A stretch of DNA of 64,000 nt, from assembly GCA_002189035.1 (NCBI GenBank), contig NEEC01000010.1:868001-932000 (forward strand), in the 5' to 3' direction. The translations under genes were made by a program, and so were the position numbers. The DNA comes from Utricularia gibba (taxonomy: Eukaryota; Plantae; Magnoliophyta). The notes under the pieces were generated by a model. That model had not been told where the DNA came from. It ran no database searches and was given only the letters and a program-made list of their open reading frames with translations. Positions 11,991 through 23,259 of this stretch are shown here, piece by piece (position 1 is the stretch's first letter; every line of letters begins with the position of its first letter).

Positions 11991-12369
11991 CTCATACTTC
12001 TCTCAGACATCCCCCAATCCAACAGCCCCTTTCCACCCCAAAGGTATAAGGAACGAGTCAAGTTCGAGAAAAAGGTTGGTACCTTGTCCCAGGAATGCCA
12101 CATCCTCCCTTGATTGTATGTGGTGTTTCAAATACTACTCGCCCTATGAGGCTATGTAGATCTCCTTGTACACGCTACTTATCAACCTCCACTCTAGGCA
12201 TTGACCACACCAATCACCAATCCACCACCACGAGTACTCAAGTTCCACATAGTAACATTCTTTGTATGACTACTTGGGTGATCGATCTCACCTCATCCTT
12301 ATCATTACATTCACCTCCACTGCACTAATCCCAGACCAAGTCCTCATCACCTCCATTGCGCTAATCCCA

Positions 12370-12674
12370 GGTCGGTAATGACCTGCAACCTAGGCCATTA
12401 CCGACACCCTCCCACGATCGGGGTGTCCAATCCTCGTAGGGGATGGACTACGAAAATGTGTGTGGGTGCATGATCCTTGCCATACAACCTCTCCTGGACA
12501 CCTAGTGATCCCTAAATACATTCGATCTAAATCAGCAAGGAAGATCGAGCTCTGTGGGATTTTTTCCACCATTTATACCATGTAATTTATGCATTCGATC
12601 CAAATGCACGGTAAATTCAAGCGCTCTAATTTCAGATGTATTATTTAATGCATTCGAGCAACCTATGTGTCAGG
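12370..12674 (-). repeat. Family X fragment (internal module plus reversed arm)
   Basis: 12380-12470 resembles 61070-61170; 12490-12660 resembles 26480-26600 and 32945-33060. Confidence 0.65.
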
Positions 12675-13420
12675 TAGAGGTGGGCTCGATTCCGGTTGTG
12701 GTTCTGGTTCAGTTCTAGGAAATTAATGTCCATACGGTTTTGATTCCGGTTCGATTCGAAATAATTGGAATCGTGGAACCGACGGTTCTGACCCATGTTG
12801 AACCATATTGTTCAGGGTTCCGAACTGTGAACCGTACGGTTTGGATTAAAAAATTAAAAAAAATTATAAATATTGAATAAATATATATGGTTTCAGACAT
12901 TTTTCTAAGACATCCACATGAGGGAAATGGATAACTGGAAAATCTTCTCAAACTCCCCTACACAGACATGCTCACGAGAGATGTGGGTGTTAGGGGAATG
13001 GTCTTAGACATTATTCCCAGACACACATATTGCTCATATAGGTGTCTGGAAAATGTTTCCCGCTCGAGGCAGGCAAACTCGAAATGCAAAAATTTGTTAT
13101 TTATATTTTTTTTGTGATTTGATTTTGTAAATTTTATCAATTTGATTCTTTTTACTCTTGGTTTTTAAAATAGATGAAGTTTAGGAAAAATTTATGAAAT
13201 AGATGATATTCTGATTTTAATTTGAAAAATACAAAATATTTATAAAAGATTATATAAAATCTATCTATTAAAATGTAAAATTTATATAAAAAATAACTTT
13301 ATTGGTTTTATATGATTTTTAATCTTGTTGTATTTATTTCAAAAAATTTAATTTTATCATATGTATATTCAAATGCTAATAATTTAATTATTTTAATAAT
13401 TTAAGTAACAAATTAAATTG
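12675..13420 (+). mobile_element. hAT-like non-autonomous element, 5' end (copy 1)
   Basis: Starts TAGAGGTGGGC (hAT-type TIR) followed by GGTTC/GAACC subterminal repeats; collinear with 29105-29760. No partner TIR or TSD found. Confidence 0.6.
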
Positions 13421-14691
13421 ATTTTGATTATACTTTATTGGGATATTTTATCAAGTAATTTTTGGCAGGTTTGTATGGAAGTTCTACCCCTAGAGAAGTC
13501 AACTCAAATGCCCCTGCTTCTGCAACCTCCAAGCACAACAGCAAGGGATGTTGCTGCCCATAAATGATCAAAGATTTGAGTGAAGTGCAAGAAATGAAAA
13601 GGGGAGTGATAGACTCCTCCCTTAACAAGTAACCTGCTGCTGAACTTATTTCATGTATTTTTATTTTTATTTTTATTTTTAGCTTTAATTTTCCTTAGGA
13701 TCTTGTACGTGTATGTGTCTATTAGTCTATGCTAGGAGTAGTCAATGCTTGTTTGTTTGTATTGTTTAATGTCAGTGAACTACTTTGAATGGCCATATGA
13801 TTGAACATTGTAATTATGAGATGATTTGGATGTATGAGCTTTCTATGCCTTTTATATACTTGGGAGAATGTTTTTACCTTCTATTTTATGAGAGCATGTG
13901 CATGAATAGAGGAACTTAGGGAGTGTTATCTAGATTAGCTTAAATTGAGCTGCTGGACTTCATCATCGTCTTGGGACAGGTTGCTGAAAATATGATGAAT
14001 GATCTGGGTAGACTTAGGTTATTTGAAGTTGTGAGTGTAGGAACATGGTAAATTAAATTAGGAACCTTAGCATGAAACCACCTAAAGATTCTTAAGGCAT
14101 CTTCGTATTATTCTAAGTTAGAACCAGTACCTGTTACTTTAGCATTAAGACCTGATATTGTTTACTAATCTTGTTTACCGAACTTGTTACCTTAGCGTTA
14201 AGATCAAATTATGCATTTACTAAAACACTTAGCAAACACAAGCTCTTCGTGATTGACCCTGACATCCACTATACAAGTTTTCTAAATTTGTATCTTGTGT
14301 AGATTAGGGATTATAAATTTATTTGATACAGAAGTTTTCTTTAATTGCAACGATATGCTAAAATTTCCGTTTATCAGCACTCGATCCAAATAACATCGAA
14401 GGAATGAGTGTAATAAGATTTTAAAATAAAAAAATATGCACTCAATCCAACTAACACTTAGGGCGTGTTTGGGTGCTGGGCTTGGCCTAAACACAGGTTT
14501 AGTTTATTTGGGTTTAGGTAACCCGGTTTTATGGGCTTAGGGGGTGTAAATCTTGTTTGGTTGATGGGTTTACATTATTTGGGTTTAAATGAACCCATGT
14601 TTTGAGTGAATTTTACGATTTACTTGTTGTAAGTGCTCGGTGTAGGTGCTTTGTTCTTGCTGTTTTCTTTCCTCCAACACAGATTGCAGGT

Positions 14692-15729
14692 ATGCATAGT
14701 CCAATCGTGGTGGAAGACTCTCACAAAAAAACGAAACGCACCTGGAAGCTAGATGAGGAGAAAGACTTGTTGCACGCTTTGAAGTAGATAGTGAAAGAAG
14801 GCTGGAAAATTGAGAATGGTTTTAGGGGTGGGTATCACCGAGTGTTGGAGACAGAGTTCTTGAAACTGCACCCTACAACCGACATCCGCACACACCCGCA
14901 TATATCTAGCAAGGTGCATACCTTGAAAAAAGACTACTACCTTCTTGTAGATTTTTTATCAAGGGCGGGCACCGGTTTTAGTGAGCTGACCTAATCGTAG
15001 ATGCAAATGAGGAGGTTTAGAAGGAGATTGATCAGGTATGTATGCCATGTTCTCGCGGTGTTATATTCAGTGCTTACCGTGTTATTATGTCAGCACGCAC
15101 CTAGGCTGCGCTTGCTAAGACACAAAGCGTGGCCATATTACATGGAGTGGCAGGAAATCTTTGGAAAGGATCGGGCAACAGGAGATAGAACGATGAGCTA
15201 TGTAGTCGCGACCAGGAAGAGGAAATTCACGGAAGATGTTGGGGAGAATCTGGAAGTCTCTTCAGATTGCCCTCTGTACCCAGATAGCACTGGACAGGAT
15301 ATGAACTTCTCGTATGCTGACCCAATTGGTAATGCTACGGAGGGTGTGAATCTCACGTCTAGTAGGGACTTCGAGTCACACAACAGCACCGACTCGTCAC
15401 GGTGGACTGGACGAAGCGGCAGGGGACCCAGGGGAATTGATGATGATGTGCAGTTCCTTAAAGAAATGAAGGAGCTGAACTTGCGCACATGTGAAGAGCT
15501 ACGTCACTTGGGGTTAACAGTGGTGCAGCAAGCGCGGGAGTTGGCGGACAATCAGCATCAAGCAGGGGAGATCATTAGAGATATGCCGTTGCAATTAACT
15601 GCCATCGAACATTTTACCATAGCAGAGACGATTAGTTCCAACCCTGCGAGGTTGCGCTACTTCCTTACCTCCAGCGACTTTGAAAGAGAGCTTATTGTGC
15701 GTGGTTTAGCATCCGAATGTAGATCTTAA
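14692..15729 (+). pseudogene. Harbinger ORF1, Myb/SANT-like DNA-binding protein, disabled
   Basis: KRTWKLDEEKDLLHALK*IVKEGWKIENGFRGGY...HPHISSKV...GTGF...KAWPYYMEWQEIFGKDRATG; in-frame TAG at 14786-14788, a further stop/frameshift near 14990, and one probable intron (about 15035-15093). Confidence 0.9.
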
Positions 15730-16225
15730 ATCTGTTGTGCGGTGCTTCGCCTTATGTTGGACTCATGGACTAGATGTATTTCATCTTCTAATCATCCTTT
15801 AAGCAAATATACGGTATTTCACATGAAAATATAGGCGAAGGATGACTACATGTAACTGGTATGAGCACTGCGAAGGGTTCCTCGTTGGTATGAGAACTGC
15901 AAAGGGTAGACAGTGTTCTAACTTCGTATGTGGAAGCATCACGTATGAACAAGCGCGGTGATTCGTTGTTGAGCACTCTTCCGCAAACGCGGTGCTGCAA
16001 CTACCGCCACATTCTGTGCGGTGCTATCGAGTAGTGATGGACTAGCACCACGTTGGTGTTTCATATTACGAAGCACCACGTTTAGACACAAGGTTTCAAA
16101 TCCAGTGATGGTGCAGGATGTTACAACATGCGGTGCCACCGCAATCAGTGGTCGATCAAAAACTAATAAAGTCAACATACGATAGTTCACGTAAGATCCA
16201 TGCAATTTCAAAGGTACATCATCGA

Positions 16226-17150
16226 TCACACAATACTCTTGTAATGCTTCCACAATGGGTGTTCCTCATCTATTGGACGTTGACCTACCCGACGGAGATC
16301 GACGTGCGTGGGTACATCCATTACGTCAATGAGAGCTTCCAAGAACGACCTAATATCTCCCCCTTGAACTAGGGAACAATCATTGACCGTGGTGTACTTG
16401 AAGGTGGTTGGGAATATGGCATTTTCAGGCTGTCCAATGAAAGTAAACAATCATTGGATGCAAGATGGTGGAGAATGAGCGCGACCAGAAACTCACCGGG
16501 TTGTGTAGTGACTTGTACGATGCATCATCGATGAGTAGTGTATTAAGACGGTGATATTTGCCCTTGAACTCAGTGTTGGCGCCCCATACATGATTCAAAA
16601 GCTTAAGCTTAACCGTGTTGTTCCTGTTGTCGTGCACCGGATAACCTGTGTCCACACACCTTGATCCATCCCATTGGAAGACAACCTTGCTGGCTGCTGC
16701 AGGCCCTAGTAACCACTGAACCACATCATGCAATTGTTCACTAACACATGTTGTAAGAAAAAAGAAAGGTCAGCAGGAATGTGGATCCCCTTGCCTGCAA
16801 GGTGGTCAATCTTACCGTCCCCTTGAAGACCAGATGGCGACATCAAAGTGTTCCATGCAAAACTGTATCAACTCACGTGCACTTGGTCGAATATACACTA
16901 CAACCATAATAAATAGTACTGACATATGCACCAAATATTAAATGCATATCAAATACACCGCATTACCATTTCGCTCGTAGATGACGGCATCCGGCTTCGG
17001 CGCTCCCCACCTGACTTCGTGAGGATACACAATGTACGCAAGTACGCCATTCACGTCAAATATTAACAACTTTCGTGGTGGGAGCTGTGTTATCACTCGA
17101 CACTCCACCATATGGCCAGCTTTGTTCATATCATGCAAGCCAACCACAGA
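16226..17150 (-). CDS. FCP1/NIF-type HAD-superfamily phosphatase-like domain (3' part of the Harbinger third gene); four exons, open frame
   Basis: Exons about 17150-16967, 16897-16816, 16740-16497 and 16429-16226, with GT-AG introns of 69, 75 and 67 nt that splice in frame without stops. Reads RKLLIFDVNGVL...VYIRPSARELIQFCMEHFDVAIWSSR...WDGSRCVDTG...NTLLIDDASYKSLHNP...AIFP...GGDIRSFLEAL...stop. Confidence 0.88.
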
Positions 17151-18060
17151 GTTCAAGATTCTTTGCGTACAATCTCTTCACTTCGATATACTTTGTAGTG
17201 GCAGCACCGCACCCATCGTCGTGTGTCTAGATCGGTGTTGGCCCATCCGTGTTGCCCCTGACTTCTGGTTGTACTTCTTCATCCTCTTCATGGGTCACCT
17301 CCTCAGGATCTTCATTCGTACTCCTACGTTGTCTACGGTGTCGAGGGGTTCCAAACCACGGATGTTGTGTCCTAGGGGCATTGACAAAGGGGGGCCATAC
17401 GTCCTCCAGTGGGAATACCTCTATGCCTACAACGACAACAGCAAAAAGCATGAGTACTGTTAGAATATCCGAAGTAATTGTTTGTGATCACTTGATGGGT
17501 GTCCCACATTCTCTGAGACTATCAACGCTGTTGGTCATTCTGGAGCGGTGGGTGGGTATACCCATATAAAACTAGTCCACCAATCATCATATGCGCTTCT
17601 TACGTCTATAACCAGAACCACTCCTGGTTTTCCATGAATCGAGTAGTGCGGACTTCCCTTACGTTGCACACAAACAGAAACCGCAAAGAAGATGCATTTC
17701 CTGGGGTATATCCTCCTCTTCACAGATGTGCAGAAATGCGAGTACGTGCGCCACATAACGTGGTGTGAGGTGGGAGAGTGGGATATGGAGTGCAGCAAGT
17801 ATCTGCACCAAGAAAGGGGGCGGGGGCAGTCGCAATCCACACCGAAAGTGCTTGGTGCTTACGGCGAATCCCAATGCTCCAACTCTGGATGGGGGTTCGC
17901 CGTCGGCCGTTTCACCCGATAGTTTATCCCACATAGCGTAACCGTCGGGAATTGAGAAGCGGGCAAAGGTTCCTATCGTCGCGACCCTATTCTAGAGAGG
18001 TTGTCAACGAGATTGTCTTCACGGTGCTGTTGCGCGGTTGCTGAAAGGGTGCAGTTGGAT
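17151..18060 (-). pseudogene. 5' part of the third gene: Transposase_28 ('putative gypsy-type') like domain plus acidic/Pro-rich linker, disrupted
   Basis: RFSIPDGY...KHFRCGLRLPPPPFLVQILAALHIPLSHLTPRYVAHVLAFLHICEEEDIP, then (frameshift) HYSIHGKPGVVLVIDVRSAYDDWWTSFIWV. Fits the FxxGLRLP..F..LL...QL.P...AF..C / W..F..R.G...S...W...F..V pattern. Linker EDPEEVTHEEDEEVQPE at 17227-17451. Confidence 0.65.
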
Positions 18061-18565
18061 GGGCGAAATTAATGAAGTTGTTTTGGAAAGTGTTCAATGT
18101 CAGGCGCCTTTATTGTGCGCAAAGGGGTATTAATAGCGCTGGGCGGTTGTCAACCAAATGGCGCATTGTTGTACTACCAAATGCCCTCACTACTATGCAC
18201 CAGCGTCACACTCATCTACTTTTTAAATTTTGACAGCACCGGATACGATGAAACACGTGGTGCTGCTAATAACTTTGGTGTCATACAAGCCTCTGTAGCA
18301 CCTCGTCTAAAGATCGCGGTGTTGGCTCCAATGATCCACCTTGTGGTACCATGTTACCCATGATAAGACATGACACTACGGTACAATCCCAACATTTTTT
18401 GCAGCAACCACCAAATACGATGGAAACAGGTGTTCAAGTTGGAGTATCAACTAGAGATTAACTTGTTGTGACTTTGCTGAGCAAATCCAGTACAAACGAC
18501 ACGATAGGTTCTGAATGGGAATTTAGGAAAACCACTAGCATGACAATGTGTAAAGCAGTGCTACA

Positions 18566-19659
18566 CTAGGGGCGTTTGTGGGATTCCAGCCACTTGGTGT
18601 ACATCCGCTCAGCTTGCTGGTCACGCCACCTATTCCATGCCTGATTGCCTTCGGCAGATGTCGTGATGTCTTCTCTTTCACTCGTGTCCCCAGTTTTATC
18701 CTGAAAGTCCAATAGGACCTGATCCTCCAGGGGATCGACCACCATCTCCTTTCGAATGTGGTTATTGAGCAAAGCACATGCCAATACAATGCGGTTCTGT
18801 ATGTTTACCAAATAGTAGCTAGCCGTCCATAGTATACCCCACTGCATTTTCATCAAGCCCCAAGCTCGTTCGATCACATTTCTGGCTGATGCATGCCACA
18901 TGTTGAATAGCTCCTTCGCATTCTGAGGTGCTCCATTTCCGTGTCCCCACTCCTTCAAGTGGTAACGGACTCCACGGTATGGTGCCAAAAAGCCCTCCCT
19001 ATTGGCGTATTCATTGTCACATAGGTAATATGTTCCTGTGTCATCACGTATACATGATGCATAAAATCATTGGAATCACATGCGCACAGACTAAACAAGT
19101 GAAATACCTGGGCGTACACGGAAGCCGTCGGATCGTGAGAGTGCATCGTTTAGCACTCGACTATCTGCAGCAGACCCCTCCCAGTCAGCAAGCACATATA
19201 TAAATTTCATGTGTTCATCACATACACCCAAGACGTTGTTGGAGACACAGTCTCGGTTCTCCTCCCATAGACATCCTTCTGCACCCACATTTTTTTATGA
19301 TGACCTAATATTCCTAAAAACATACAAACCATCTCTGGAACCATTACATATTTTCCAACTTTTAAGTTAGAACGATTTTCTAATAGGCTACATAAAATAC
19401 CCAAGGCATCTCGGTTGATTCTTAAATTCTCAATGGATGCGCTATTCACATCACTCACCAACCTACTAATATACTCAACTTGTCTAGGAATCTGGTGTGT
19501 AAGTGAATACCTGCGTCTCAACCTATATCCCCTACGGTATTTCCTCCAATATAAGTATACTAACACATTCATCTGTAGTATTCGGTCAAAACTGCAGCTG
19601 CCGCACTCAAGATGACATGACCCTCCGTGAAAAAATCCATGTCCCCTCAAAAGTCGCAA
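18566..19659 (-). pseudogene. PIF/Harbinger DDE transposase with an internal deletion
   Basis: ENLRINRD...EMVCMFLGILGHH...TETVS jumps straight to NNVLGVCD...WEGSAADSRVL (GAxDG motif missing); intron after VRPG; last exon open YYLCDNEYANREGFLAPYRGVRYH...ELFNMWHASARNVIERAWG. Confidence 0.92.
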
Positions 19660-20117
19660 AAATCAAGCAAAATAAATCCACACACATAGCACCACAGATT
19701 CTGAAATTGGAAATTCACAGATAAAAACCCACTATTTGGTGCTGCCGTGCTTGGCCTCTCGCGGTGTTACCGTGGACCAACCCACTAAGAACAGAAAGCA
19801 TACTTACCGAAAGACCCACTCTTTTTGCGCTCAAAGAACACGCGACGCCACCGGCAAATCACGAATGTAGATCTGGGTTGTTGATCTGCGTTCAAATGTA
19901 GTTCATGCGAGGGCAAAAGTGGAAGTGCCGGGCTGGGTTTAGCTAAACCGACCCCCCCCCTCCCCCGGGTTTAGCTAAATCCAGCTCCACGGGTTCCCGC
20001 CCAGTTTATGATCAATAGGTGAGTTTATTTTTACCGACCTGAAACCCACGAACCAAACGTGGGTTTATGTTTAAACCCACGCCGCAAACCACCTAAACCC
20101 AACAACCAAACGCACCA

Positions 20118-20680
20118 TTAAGGATCGATTGATGAGTAATACAAATTTAAAATACGGGCATGGGTTAACTATAACCCACACCATGCGATTTCTTAAAGAC
20201 ACCACGAAATCACATACGGGCGTATGTTATGGCTAATCCACGCTCATAGTTGACAAAGTGGTGGCTTAACAGATTCCATTCGGGTGAACCTCACCAGCCG
20301 GCACGATTGATCAGTGATTTTCTTCATCTCAATTTTGCATCGCCTGAGGTTTTCTTCTTGGGAATGAGGGATTCCATTGCAGAAGGGAGGGAAAAAGAAA
20401 TAATCGACTCAGATTGTAAAACACATTAATTTAGAGTATTTGTTTCCATTAATTATTAATAATTTATATTTTTTCTCTCAATAGAACATTACATGTTACT
20501 TGAATCAAATGTATATTTTTTTATTTTAAGTTTTTATTATTAGTCGATGCTTACATATTATTTGAATCAAGTATATATATTTTTATTTTAAATTTGCATT
20601 GCTCATCAATCGAACATTACGTGTTCTTTGGATCAAGTGCATGTTTTGTTTTATTTTAAATTTGTCTTATCCATCATTAG
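20118..20680. repeat. Family X: remainder of a compact two-armed copy with approximately 60-bp tandem subrepeats at both outer ends
   Basis: Forward units at 14350-14460 and 20118-20170 (split by the Harbinger), reversed units at 20480-20680; 20300-20460 matches 25960-26110. Confidence 0.65.
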
Positions 20681-22175
20681 ATCCTTAGTTGCTATTTATA
20701 TTTGGAAAATACCTTAATTTAGAAATAATTTACAAATTATATTTGAATTATATTTAGTATTTTTAATAAACATATTAAAATTATTTGATAGTTAAATTTA
20801 ATCATCAAAATTCAATAAAATTAACATTTGACTTTAAATTATGTATATATTGATATTGTAAACCATATCTTTTATTTTTAAATTTCGAAAAACTTAATTT
20901 AAATTATTAAGTATTCTCTAGAAGTGATAAATTTAAATATATATTATAAATAATGTTAAAGAAATTTCAAATTTGTTATCTATGATCGTTGTTCAGATAT
21001 TGTAAAGCGGGATTATTGAATCAGGCAAAACATAAAAAAATATGTGATTTGCAAATTATTAATAACTTGTAAATATTTATAAAATAAATTAAAGTTGAAG
21101 TGATTCAATATATAAACTGAAACACATAAATTTATGTATGTCATTGTTTTCTATTGTAAAACAGTTTCAATAAAATTAAATTAAATCTCTAAAATTCATT
21201 AAATATGCAATATGAATATGATTAACTGAGAATGAAATATATGTGGGATATTATTGTTTGAAAAATAATCATTAAATTGATTAAAATCATAATTTATTTT
21301 TATTGAAATTGTATATTAGTATGTTTATTAAAGATATCAAAAGTAGTTTAATGTTCAAAAACAAGGTGTTTTACAAATGAAATTGTGTAAGTAAATGTAT
21401 ATAGCCAATGTGTTTCAAACTCAGGTATTTTGAAAATGAATTTATAAATGTTACCTATTCAACTAAATTTCTCTCCAATGAGGTGTATAATATGTTTATA
21501 CTAAATAAAAAATATACATTTGAACCTAATTAGGATTAACCATCGAATGCTAACCAAATTCGTAATAGACGAAAAATAAGCACTCGATCCAACACAAAAA
21601 AATGATGAGTCCAAAATAAAAACCAAGCCACCAAATGATTGAATGGCAATACCTCAATAAACCGTTAGCCGTCACTCATTCGAGTCCTTTGTTCTATTTT
21701 GATCGAGTAACTATAATTTATCAATTTTAAATTTCTGTTAAGCTTTCATTCGATCTAAAAAACGCGTAACGCTCGAACGCCTTCCTTCTGTCAATGTGAT
21801 AGGGGGTGTGTGACGATCAGCCAAGACACCCTAGTCGGGCAACCATCACCGCGCACGTGCAGGTAGCGAGACCGCGCAGCACACTCCACCTGTGTGGGCG
21901 TCATGTGCCATGAGTCGTGGGCGTGCACTTGGCACCGCCTCGCCCGTGTGCGGAGTTCCGTCTCGCCATATCGATCGCGTGCGGGGTTCTGGGTATAGAG
22001 GTTAGCGCAGCGCAAAAGACCAACTTTTATTCATTACGAGCAAATACTAATCAAGTGAGAAAGCAGAAAAAGTGCACGAAAACAAGTAAACGAGAAGAGT
22101 TCGATGTTGCGCTCTAGTCCGCCCCTTGACTCCACTTCTCGGCCACTCCACCCTCACCATCCGCCCCTACCATTC

Positions 22176-22519
22176 ATTGACCAGATGCTGGAAGAAGCCA
22201 CTATTGTTTCTTAGATGGTTACTTTGATTTCCATCACATACCCGTGGCACATGAGGATCAATCAAAGATTATTTTCGTTTGCCCTTTTGGTAATTTTACT
22301 TACCATAAAATGCCTTTTGGATTATGCAATGCACCAGCAACATTTCAAAGATGCATGGTTAGCATTTTTTAATTGAAAATATTATTGAGATTTTTATGTA
22401 TGACTTCACGGTTTATGGAAATAATTTTGATGAATGTCTTGCTAATTTTTCATTGATTTTGAAGTGTTGTGTTGAGCCTAACCTTGTTTTGAATTATGAG
22501 AAATGTCACTTCATGGTAG
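22176..22519 (+). pseudogene. Ty3/gypsy (Athila-like) reverse transcriptase fragment
   Basis: IDQMLE...MPFGLCNAPATFQRCMVSIF...IFMYDFTVYGNNFDECLAN...LVLNYEKCHFMV; frameshifted, with the catalytic DD mutated to YD. Confidence 0.85.
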
Positions 22520-23259
22520 TGTTAGTGTATGTGTTTTATAGACAATTAACTCATTGGCAAATTTTATCTTTTGATATTTACTTTGAATTGTGATCAAATT
22601 TATATCATTGATAAAATCCTCTACTTGATCTTTGTGCTATAAAAATTATGATGAGATCATAATGTGAGATTCATCAACCATTTATGTTCAAGTTAAAAAC
22701 TCCTTGGTTAGAGTATCTGTGAAATGAGGATATCACAAATACGGATAAGCTAGCACACATTGAGTTTCCTAAACTATTTATGCAATGGTTTCTCACAAAT
22801 GATGTAATGAGATTACTAGAACCTATGTGTTGGTGTCGATTAGAGAATCGATTCTCTGGATGACTCATCTTCGAGATGCTACTATGGGAAGCTAACCAAG
22901 TGTTAGTAGCAAAATCTCGAAGTTATCTTATCTTAACAAAGTTATCTTATCTTAAGCTCGTATTTTCGCTCATTACTAATGTGAATTTAACCATGGCTTG
23001 CCTAGTATGGATGAGTAGGAATGTGATTCATTAAGATTGGAAATAGTTGATTGATCAATAAATGATTCATCACTCATGTTAGCTATGAGATATTATCTCA
23101 AGTAATTGCATCAAAGCCTAACAGTAAATCCTAGATTCAAGGTAATGACACTTAAAGAGTTTGAGTAGGTCATTGATTGTTAGTGCTTAAATGCAATTAT
23201 AAGTTCGATACATCAGAAAGACACACACCCATGTTCTGGTATCAAATGAGATATAAGTA

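Larger units (their letters stand above)
14461..20117. mobile_element. PIF/Harbinger DNA transposon, 5657 bp, three-gene structure
   Basis: TTA direct repeats at 14458-14460 and 20118-20120; TIRs GGGCGTGTTTGG / CCAAACGCACCA (9/12 match); Myb/SANT gene (+) and transposase (-) convergent. The joined flanks reconstitute a repeat unit seen intact at 63090-63125. Confidence 0.92.

Noticed and set aside
13440-14300. Possible Athila/Ogre 3' non-coding or LTR segment
   Set aside because: Composition is suggestive only; no termini, PPT, PBS or second copy could be identified.
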